NCBI GenBank assembly: GCA_964016885.1
Contig: OZ024742.1
Coordinates: 68,200,001-68,264,000, forward strand
Origin: Eledone cirrhosa
Lineage: Eukaryota
DNA length: 64,000 nt
Direction: 5' to 3'
Below the pieces are notes generated by a model. It was not told where the DNA came from, ran no database searches, and was given only the letters and a program-made list of their open reading frames with translations. Shown here piece by piece: positions 53,620 through 64,000 of this stretch. The translations under genes were made by a program, and so were the position numbers. Numbering within the stretch: the first letter of the stretch is position 1; the number at the start of each line of letters is the position of its first letter.

Positions 53620-56600
53620 ATATGCCCCTGTAAACGTTTCGTATTCCTCCAGTAAGGTGCCGATGACCCCGATTTCCGATGTGGTCGACACCATTACTCT
53701 CACGTCATCGGCATAGGCCAGCACCGCTTTCCGCAATCCCGGTTCCAAAGGGATGCTCTGTAACAACTCCAACTTCCGCAGCAGTGGCTCTGGGGCCAAT
53801 ACATACAGAATGGAGGAGAGAGGGCATCCCTATCGGATGGACAGCATGATTTCGAACGGCTCCGAGAGGTAGCCGTTCACCTTGACCCTAGAGCAGATGC
53901 GGCTGCTGTGCATGGCAGTGATCCAGCCCCTGAAAACGGGTCCGAAACCTGCTGCCACTAGCACCGCATCCAGGTAATGATGGTTGACCCTATCGAGCGC
54001 CTTAGATTGATCCAAGTTGATCAGGGCCCCACCAAAGCCGGATTCGTTCCCAACCCTCTCTATGATGTATCGCATGAGATGGAGGTTGTCGTGAATGGAC
54101 CTGGACGGGATGGCGCATGTCTGCGCATCTCCAACCAGGTTGCCCACTACAAGCGCCAACCTCTTTGCTAACACATTGGCCAAAATCTTTAACTCTGCTT
54201 TAGCAGTGTTATGGGCCTAAAATTACTTATTTCATCCCCCTTGTTCTCATCCTTCCTCACTAGCGAGACTACGCCCTTGGTCACAGAACAGCGAATTCTC
54301 CCGTTCTGTTTCCAGTTGCAGTAGACCGCTTCGAGGAGATCGAAGAACAAGTCCGGCATACTTAAATACAGTTCGTATGGAAGACCATCGAGGCCCGGTG
54401 ATTTGCGTCTGCCGCATTGGCTCAGCACGTCCCTTATCTCAGCAGCTGAGATCGGCCTCTCGCAGGACTTCGCCTCCTCGTCCGAAAGACGCGGCAGCCG
54501 TCGAGGTATGGACCGAGGTATACATCCCCATCCGGCTCCTCGTCCCTTCCGAGCAATCGGGCAAAGTGCCTTTGAAAGGCCTCGCACATCTGCTTAGGTT
54601 CAAGGATCACCCGTCCATCCTGGTCTCGCAAAGACCGGATACTGGATCTAATCCCACTTTTGGCTTATGTCACGCGGGCCCAGCTAGCAGGTTTGGTCCC
54701 CTCGTTTTCCAGAGCACATTTTGCTTCGGACAACGCAGTCTTCGTATTTCGCGTCGAAGGACTGGCCCAAGGCCGTTCTCGGCGCTAGCACTCTGGCTAC
54801 GCCGCCGCTTCTAATTGCCTCTTCTACACTATCTACCAACTCCCTTTCCTTCCTATTTCTATCTAAGGCTAACTCCTTACTAACTCCTATTGAAGCTACA
54901 CTAGTCTCTCTTTTGAGAGAGCCCCACCATCTGCTGTTGACAATGGCGCCCGTCAACCGCTCCTTAACTAATGTACTAATCTGGTTCCTGTAAGCTTTAC
55001 TTGCCGGTAAGAACAAGTTGAGCTTCCAGTAACCGTGTCCCTGTCTATGCGTTCTATCAAGGTTGACCATGGAGGTCACTAACTTGTGGTCTGAATAGAC
55101 AACCATGAGGTTTTTTTTTGACAACTTAAAAAGTCCCTATCCTTATTTCTAACTAAGAACCTGTCTAGGTACGATCTAGATTGACCGCTGTGGTTTCTCC
55201 AAGTCCAGGTTGGCACAGTTGGAAAATCTAGTCGATATCTATCGGCCAGGTCGAATCGGCCGATTAACCCATTGAGGCTGTTACAACCCCCTCTATCAGG
55301 ACATGCCCCTACATAGTCCCAACGTACATCTAGGATACCATTCCAGACCCCACTAAAAGTCTGCAGACGATGGAAGAAGTCCGGCCGCGTTGACCCAAAA
55401 GGCGACCAGCCTAAAAGCTCCGCCTTCACCACTGCCAATGTCCAGAACCACTAGTCGACCCTCCGGGTCCAAGTGTACCGTCTGTGTAGCGAGACCCAGA
55501 TGTTTTTGCAGCAGAACAACAACCCCACCCCACCTCCGGGCTGACAGAGAGATGCGTGCATCTCAAAGTCATCAAAGGTGGGGGCCAGCTGTCGCACGCT
55601 GCTGATCCGGGCCTCGAAAATAACCATCACATTTATACATCGTGACCTGAGGTCATTTAGAAGCATTGCTTGCTTCCAAGGTGAGCCCAGGCCACGCGTA
55701 TGTTGGTGGTAAAGAGACAAGGCACTTACCTCTCTGCGTCCCGAGGACCGGGCCGCACAATTTCCATGGGGGTGGGGGATGGGTTGTTGGGGGGTGGGGG
55801 TTGTGGAAATGTAGGGGCATCAGTGTGTGGTGGGGTTGGGGTGTTTGGAGTTGTGTGGGTGTCTCGGTGGGGGAAATTTTTTAGGAGGACACGGTTAATG
55901 GGTCTGACGCTGGAGGGCCCCACGTCCTCTTTAAATCTGTCTTTTAACGTTTTGTAAATGTCCATTGGGGATTTTATCATTTTTAGATGGGGAAGCCCCG
56001 TTGCTTCTGCGAAATTCTAACTTTCTGTTTTTATTAAGTTGTTATTATAAATAACGTTTAACAGTTTTTTGTTTATTGTATTTATGTAAGTATATGCATA
56101 TTTTTCTTTTTGAGTGATGTTTTTGTTTGCTGTTGTTGTGTGTTTTTTTGTGTTGATGTCTGTGTTATGTCTTGGGGAGGGGTTGTTTGTATTTGTGTTC
56201 CTGTTGTGTGTTTTCTTTTAACTTTATGAAAGTCTGAAAGTCCCCCCCCCCCCCTCGTCTGACGTCAAAAGAGGGTAAATTCCGTATTCGAGGGGAGGGG
56301 TTCATTTCCGGCTAGTGTATGTGGTGTGGGTGTTATTGTATTTGTTTTCTGACTGGGGGGATGGGTGGGATTGTTTTCAGTTGTGTTTTAACTTGTGGCG
56401 TTAGTTGTTTTTGTGGTGGTGGTGGAGGTTGTGTTGGTAGTGTTGTACTTGTTGGTGTAGGCAAAATCGGTGTTTTTTTGTTTTCTTGGGAACAGGCAGC
56501 CCTCAAGTGACCTCTGCCACTACAGAAGTAATAAGCGCGTCGTCTACCCTCCACTGTGATGTGTAAGTAGGCAAGCCCATCCAGCAATATGCGGTCGGGG

Positions 56601-57400
56601 ATCCTAGCAATTCGTTCTGGCTGCATTTGTACCAGAACTTGCAGGCTAGTTCCACCGAACACGTTGCTGGAAGACTTACCTACCGAAATTACTGCATCCT
56701 CTTTCAAGTCGAGGAGGCCACACAGTACCACCCAGAAATCAATATCTGGATCGATACTGTGTATGGTCAATCTTTGTGTTTTTCTTCCCAAATAAGTGGG
56801 GAAGAAGGTAAATAAGGGGGACACAATTGGGGCCAGGGAATGTTTTTCGGCCGTCAATTTATCTTTCATTCGGATGGATAGACTACCGTAGAGTCTATCC
56901 TTCCGAATGAATACAAAGTTTTTCAGATGATCTTTTAAAGCCAGTTCAATCTCTGTCTGTGTGAGTTGTACTGGCTTACGGGTTTTTTGATATTGTCCTA
57001 TAAATAATAGTTTTTAAGCTATTTTCCTTTTTTAGCTCTGGGGGAGAATTTAAAGAAAATAGACCATTCTCCTCCAAAGTTATATACTTCCGTGCATTTT
57101 CTATTTGCTGGGCCATGTTCGAAATGTCAATAGGTTCATACAGCGAACGTCATTTTGTTCGCCCCCTCTCTGTTTATATTTCTCGAAATGAGGTTGTTTT
57201 CTTGTTTTTTTTTTTGTTACAATTATCATTTTTTGTTGTGTTTGTGTTATTTATGTTGGTGTATGCGTTCACACCATTTCTTCAAAAGGTTCACTTATAT
57301 TTTCAGTATCTGAGAGACTTGTAGTCACAGCTACTACTTCTCTTTCAGCTTTGCTCGTGGGCGTGACACCGTGAAAAGTCGAAACGGCATCCATTAATGT
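53620..57400 (-). mobile_element. L1/Tx1-like retrotransposon: ORF1, APE endonuclease and RT, truncated after the YADD motif
   Basis: ORF1 remnant with knuckle-like YYFCSGRGHLRAAC (56333..56869); APE motifs NTRGL-like HTRGLG, D.YR, TW...SYLDRFL, SDHKLV; RT motifs KSPGLDGLPYELY, NFRPITLL, DQSKALDRVNH, YADDV. The 5' boundary is approximate. Confidence 0.9.
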
Positions 57401-57487
57401 TCTCCGAGTCAATTTTTTTCACATATTTTTCATTTGGGTTAGGCTCCATTTTTTCAATATTTCTAATAATCATTATTCTTTCAATAG

Positions 57488-57656
57488 TATCAGTAGAGGG
57501 TTGGACGCCATGCTTTCCAGCATAGTTACGTCCCTTTATGATCTGAGTTCAAATCCCGCCGAGGTTGACTTTGCCTTTCATCCTTACGGGGTCGATAAAA
57601 TAAAGTACCAGTAATGCACTGGGTAATTTGCTGGCCTTGTGCCTAAAGTAGAAACA
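57488..57656 (+). mobile_element. SINE family A with ~16-bp TSD
   Basis: TSD ATTATTCTTTCA(A/G)TAG starting at 57472 and 57657. Confidence 0.88.
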
Positions 57657-58859
57657 ATTATTCTTTCAGTAGGGAGGCTTGTTGCCTCCGCTACCCCGCT
57701 CTCCTTCAGTTTGTTTAGTGGGCGTGTCATCGTTACCTGTGGTAATGGCTTCCGTTACCATTAGCGTAGAGACAATTACAAGATTTTTAGGATGAAAGAT
57801 TTCACCCCAAAAGGGGTGAAATAAATTAACCCTAATGTCCGAAGACCCAGGCAAGGGGGTTAATTAACACAATAACGCAACAATACAGACAAACACTTAG
57901 TGTTAACACGTAATATCTCCAATACTCGAGGAGCCGATGTGAAGAACGTTTATACCATCCAGAGATAGATAGATAGAACAAATATCACAAGACGGAATAC
58001 TTGCACGCACACACACAATATGTATATATGAGTGCGTGTGTATGTATCAGTGTGTGTGAGTGTTTGAATGCAAGTATACATTAATGTGTAATACAACTTG
58101 ATATAAATTGCAATAATAATAAATCTGTATATTATATTTCATTTCAGTCCAGTGAATTTGACAAAATACATTTACTATATAGATTGATTGCATTTATCTA
58201 CTTTAATCTCCTTACATTTGGGATACTATCTTTTTATACTCTTATATATATGGACATACATGTAAAAGGGATTAAACTGACGCATGTAACAAAATGCACA
58301 ATCATATAAAGAAACATATGTGAATATATGTATAAGCCCACTCACATACACCTATTCATGCAGAGGCAGGCTCACACACACGCATTCCGTACCACTATAC
58401 ATATTTATCTAAATTTCTATATATATATATGTGCGTGTGTGTCTTTGCGTGAGTGAATGTGTGTGTAGGAGTAGGCGTGTGAGCGTTTATGTGTAAAAGA
58501 AAGAGAGAGAGCGGAAGAGAGATACGCAGAGAGAGGGATGTTATAATCATTTAATCATTTAAAATATGACCAATACATCGTAAATGCGAACGTAGAGCAG
58601 AATTCTAAACGAACTCATTTATGCCTGAGCTCCTGCGTACATGGTTAAACAAAGTAGTGATAGAATGACATTCAAATGTGAGTGGATGCGTTACTTTACA
58701 TATGTGTGCGTGCGTGTGTGTGCAATCATGCTATCATGCTATCGTGCGTGCGTGTAGGTGCAATCATGCTATCGTGGGGATATGTCGCTGGTCATGTATT
58801 ACTATTCAGTTGTGATACCAGCATACATATCACGTCGGTGGTATTGGACCGTTGTTACC

Positions 58860-59076
58860 TCAAGTTATAGCTGGACAACACTATGACACAGATGATAACA
58901 TCATAGATGATATGGACCTATACCTAGAGGACCAAACAAAGGAGTTCTACTTCAGCGGTATCCAGTTACTGCTGCACCCATGGAAGTAGTGTGTCAATTC
59001 AAGGGGAGGCTATGTTGAGAAATAAAACAAGAAAACCTTTTCATAGAGGCTCAAAGTTTTTCAGTCACCCCTCGTA
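58860..59076 (+). mobile_element. Tc1/mariner remnant: transposase C-terminus plus right TIR
   Basis: HYDTDDNII...QTKEFYFSGIQLL..PWK*CVNSRGGYVEK*, matching the mariner FY..GI..L..RW.KC...G.Y C-terminal pattern; TIR end TTTTCAGTCACCCCTCG-TA. Confidence 0.8.
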
Positions 59077-59243
59077 TTTACATATATATACCTGATTGTA
59101 TTTTCGTGGTTTTGGTGAATTATGTGGCTAAGCCTCCTTGCCGCAGTTTTCAATGCGTCACGCTATCTAACGTATATATATATATCTAACATATATATAA
59201 ATATATATATATATATCTAACATATATCTAAATATAAATATAT

Positions 59244-59309
<66 letters not shown>

Positions 59310-59697
59310 CGTTTCTGAATTTGTTTAGCAAGATTCTTTATCTGAAATCGTGTGTTGAAACTGATATTGTTATACTTTGGGAGGGTCATGTTGCCAATAA
59401 GAAACACACGCACCAGTTGCTTTCACTTCAATTTATTATAATAAATTTATAATAAATTTATAAATTTATAAATTTCTGGTTGGTTGGTTGGTTCCACAAC
59501 TATCTGGTTGTGGAACCAACCAACCAACCAGAAATTTATAAATTTATAAATTTATTATAAATTTATTATAATAAATTGAAGTGAAAGCAACTGGTGCGTG
59601 TGTTTCTTATTGGCAACATGACCCTCCCAAAGTATAACAATATCGGTTTCAACACACGATTTCAGGTAAAGAATCTTGCTAAACAAATTCAGAAACG

Positions 59698-59781
<84 letters not shown>

Positions 59782-60011
59782 TTAGATATATGTTAGATAT
59801 ATATATATATTTATATATATGTTAGATATATATATATACGTTAGATAGCGTGACGCATTGAAAACTGCGGCAAGGAGGCTTAGCCACATAATTCACCAAA
59901 ACCACGAAAATACAATCAGGTATATATATATATGTAAATACGAGGGGTGACTGAAAAACTTTGAGCCTCTATGAAAAGGTTTTCTTGTTTTATTTCTCAA
60001 CATAGCCTCCC
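59004..60011. repeat. ~1-kb palindrome (arms 59004-59500 and 59507-60011, 6-nt loop)
   Basis: The arms are reverse complements apart from two transitions and (TA)n length differences. Confidence 0.95.
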
Positions 60012-60066
60012 ACTACAGTTATAAAAATATTTGCTTGTTGTATCCCAACAATTTAAATAGAACTTC

Positions 60067-60141
<75 letters not shown>

Positions 60142-60281
60142 GTGTATATATATATATATATGAATGTATGCATAGTATATTTGGCAATATACCGTATGTT
60201 AAATTTAAAACATTTTGAAGACCTATCATCTTAAAGTAGTGACTGTGTTACTTACTTCTTTTCGGCGAAAGAAAGCAGAGA

Positions 60282-60323
60282 AGCTAACAGTCTGTTTCAT
60301 GCTATTTGGCAATCATCAGAGCT
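60282..60323 (-). ncRNA. Minimal type I hammerhead of the retrozyme-like unit
   Basis: AGCT-CTGATGA-T-TGC-CAAATA-GCA-T-GAAACAG-A-CTGTT-AGCT. Confidence 0.7.
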
Positions 60324-60754
60324 ACGTACTGCTCTCTTCCGCCGAAATTATAGAAGCTTGATTCTTATAGAATTCCAGTAATAATCGGGAGCTGATTATA
60401 CAGAGCGATTGCCGGTTCAGAAAAAATTAAATATTAGGATTGGTGAAATAGCGATGTATACATAAATGTATGCATAGTATATTTGGCAATAATTAAAAAC
60501 ATTTTGAAGACCTTACGCTATCATTTTAAAGTAGTGACTATGTCACTTACTTCTTTTCGGCGAAAGAAAGCAGAGAAGCTAACAGTCTATGGTATATTGC
60601 CAAATATACTATGCATACATCGCTATTTCAGAGCACCAATCCTAATATTTAATTTTTGCTGGACCGGCAATCGCTCTGTATAATCAGCTCCTGATTATTA
60701 CTGGAATTCTATAAGAATCCAGCTTCTATAATTTTCGGCGGAAGAGGGCAGTAC

Positions 60755-60800
60755 GTAACTCTGATGATTGCCAAAGAGCATGAAACAGACTGTTAGCTGC
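60755..60800 (+). ncRNA. Minimal type I hammerhead, second copy
   Basis: GTAACT-CTGATGA-TTGCCAAAGAGCAT-GAAACAGACTGTT-AGCTGC. Confidence 0.7.
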
Positions 60801-60987
60801 TCTGCCTTCTTTCGCCGAAAAGAGGTAAGTGAAATAGTCACTACTTTAATAAGGTATTCAAAATGGTTTTAATTAAACATACGGTATATTGCCAAATATA
60901 CTATGCATACATTCATGTATACATCGCTATTTCAGAGCACCAATCCTAATATATATATATATATACAATTTAAAAGACAGAGCTATA

Positions 60988-61018
<31 letters not shown>

Positions 61019-61880
61019 GTTTTTGGCAACCCTTCACGGTGTGGCTCAATGACGAATTAATTAAATAATTAACAATCACAGCAATATATAAAAAGGTAAG
61101 TCCATAGAATCCTTAGATAAAATATATATACAGTATTTCTTCTCCCACTCAGCATAATCAACCACACAAAAAATCATTTAAACGAGGCTATAAGTTTAAA
61201 ATATACTTATGAAGAAATAATAGATAAATAAATGATAGCTTTTTATGCGCGATTCACATCCACAGAAAATTTACCTAGTATTTCTGATAGCCGGTAGAAT
61301 TGACTAGATATATAGCTAACCATACATAATTAGGTACACAATCAAAGTTAGAAGAAAAAATGTACATAAACATACCAAAATCATCAAAATCTATCTCTAC
61401 CCCACGGAGGTTTCATTCACTTTTTGGATATATCCGATCTTGGATAAATCAACGAGTTTGGAAATTATCAGGAGATAAACTCAATTGGACAAAGATTTTT
61501 CTTAAATGATCCCCGCCAGAAACGAATTCAAAATGGCTAAGAATTGTCACGTGGCCAGTGGTCAAGTCAGAAAGTTTGTGATTGGTGCCTGTCGGCGAGT
61601 AGGCTGGTTGCTAGAAAGTCTTATTCAAACTTACGGGAGTATATAAAATTTAAAAGTGTATATATATATATAAACTAGACAGAGCTATAGATATATATAT
61701 ATGTTTTTTGGCAACCATTCACGGTGTGGCTCAATGACGAATTAATTAAATAATTAGCAATCAGAGCAATATATAAAAAAGTAAGTCCATAGATGCATAT
61801 ATATACATATATATATTAACATACATATATATATATATATATATACACACACATATATATATACACACACACACACACAG

Positions 61881-61934
<54 letters not shown>

Positions 61935-62462
61935 TTTGTGTATATGTTGGTTGTTTACCGCCACCTCAGTATACAGATTGGAGCACTCGACGAGGTACGC
62001 TAGTTGGTTTGTTTACTCCGAAGGAATGTAAAATAAGTAAATCTTACTTATATATATATAATGATGCGTGTGGATGGAATTTAACAGACGTTGTGGACAA
62101 AGACCGAACTTTGCTGGCGTAAACTTTGACGAATAAGGCCAATAACTAATGGCGAAATTATAAATGGTGAATGAATTTTGTTTAAAATATTATTGAAGCA
62201 CAAAACAACCAATAGTTATTCACTAATACAAACCATTATAAAATACGAGATATCATCATATATCGTACGCATCGTGTGTCATTGTGTTAAACGTATATCG
62301 TATCTCATTGCATACAATCAATGATTTTATTGCGAGAGTTAATCTCTTGTGAGAATACATTTTATCTTAACACCATAAAACAGAACACATTACGTTCTGA
62401 GTCAGTAAAGATTTTGACAACACTGGAATTGATCTCTCTCTCTCTCTATCTATCTATCTCTA

Positions 62463-62495
<33 letters not shown>

Positions 62496-62536
62496 CTCAC
62501 TCTCTCTCTCTCTCTTTCACTCTCTCTCTCGCTCCC

Positions 62537-62583
<47 letters not shown>

Positions 62584-62603
62584 AGATGCATATATATATA
62601 TAT

Positions 62604-62664
<61 letters not shown>

Positions 62665-62807
62665 ACAGACGAATGTCTGTGTGGGTGGGTGTGTTTAAAC
62701 TCACATATGTAAAAAGTCGGCTATGATCTTCAGAATTAAAATTATTCTTTTATGCTAAAACATAAAACATGTGTGTGCATGCGCACGTGCGGATCAGTCT
62801 GTTTATG

Positions 62808-62838
<31 letters not shown>

Positions 62839-62919
62839 GAGTCTTTGTATGTATTATATATATATGCATATATGTATGTGTATGTAGTTATATATATATG
62901 TGTGTGTATGTGTGTGTAC

Positions 62920-62959
<40 letters not shown>

Positions 62960-63102
62960 TTACATGCATAGAGTATATAGAGATGTATGCATCTGTACAT
63001 ACGCATGCATATAGTTTCATGTACATGTGAATCGCTGTCTGCACACACGTACACATGCATAAATTATACATCTCTCTCTCACACTCTCTCTCCCTTTACA
63101 TA

Positions 63103-63146
<44 letters not shown>

Positions 63147-63494
63147 TGTGTGTGTGTATGTGTGTGTGTCTCTGTGTGTCTATGTGTATGTGTGTATTGA
63201 GAGGGAAAGAAAGGAGAGAGATACATTGATACATGGATATATGTGTAGTAATATATGTGTATGTGTGAGTGTGTGTTTGTGTATGTGTGTATTCACATCA
63301 TAAGGGAGTGATGAAAAAAGTATGATGATGTATAAGAAGTGTTATAAAATTAGAAGGAAGAAATCGGTCTCTATAGAATAATGAAAGTGTCAGTTGAAGA
63401 GTCATGAAATATGTCAAAGTGAAAGTTTACTATTGACATTAGTACTTAGAGGTAACACTATCATCATAGATATGAGATAAATGTGTATCTGTGC

Positions 63495-63665
63495 TGTAGC
63501 GGTGAATTTGTAGCGTCTTAAAATGGTCGAATAGAACGCTTCGCGGTATCCGTTATATCTATCTCTGCTCTCAGTTCAAATGCCGTCGAGGTCAACCTCC
63601 TCTTTCATCAATCCGGGATCGATAAAATAATGTACCAGTCAAGTACTAGGGTCGATTTATTGAAC
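63495..63665 (+). mobile_element. SINE family A, diverged
   Basis: GTTCAAATG...GAGGTCAACCT..CTTTCATC..CCGGGATCGATAAAATAATGTACCAGT. Confidence 0.75.
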
Positions 63666-64000
63666 TTTATTCAAATCAACAACCCTATACATATATGTAT
63701 GGTTTCTCTAGTTTAAACTGATGTAATCTCTTTCTCTCTATCTCTCGCTCTCTCTCCCCTCTCTCTCCCCCCTCTCTCTCTCCCCCCTCTCTCTCTCACC
63801 CCTCTCTCTCACCCCCTCTCTCTCTCCCACTCTCTCTCTCTCGTACACATATGTAGTTAGTCGAAAGTTGAATGTCACTAAAAGTCCTGCAGAAATAGTG
63901 CTCAAATTTGATTCCATCTCACTCAATGATGTTAAAAAATATCTAATTCATAAAACAAAGGATGATCAATTCCGTGATGCCTTTGAGCATAAATCTGTAC

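Larger units (their letters stand above)
60161..60950. mobile_element. Retrozyme-like element: ~300-bp hammerhead-containing unit in tandem and inverted copies between (TA)n tracts
   Basis: The unit repeats at an offset of ~302 (60163/60465) on one strand and ~292 (60591/60883) on the other; inversion point near 60589. Confidence 0.8.

Overview
AT-rich, repeat-saturated eukaryotic (animal) DNA. The SINE and microsatellite landscape suggests an octopus or other cephalopod intron or intergenic region, but that is inference only. I found no convincing host protein-coding exon; most ORFs in the track are microsatellite translations ([12 protein letters not shown], polyQ). Recognisable content: (i) Penelope-like retroelements (PLEs), including a young ~3.6-kb fold-back copy with two GIY-YIG endonuclease ORFs and a hammerhead ribozyme (HHR) in each arm; (ii) a ~300-bp HHR-bearing tandem unit resembling a retrozyme, also folded back on itself; (iii) several further HHR motifs and short palindromes lodged in (TA)n; (iv) a long R4/Dong-like REL-endonuclease LINE bounded by (CATA)n, plus fragments; (v) three L1/Tx1-like remnants; (vi) Helitron, mariner and MITE remnants; (vii) about 15-20 copies of one tRNA-derived SINE. 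The most notable pattern is a recurring architecture, (TA)n - unpaired tail - arm - turn - inverted arm - (TA)n, seen at sizes from ~110 bp to ~3.6 kb. In one family the short arm ends at the same nucleotide in three separate insertions. All coordinates and alignments were read by eye and may be off by a few bases.
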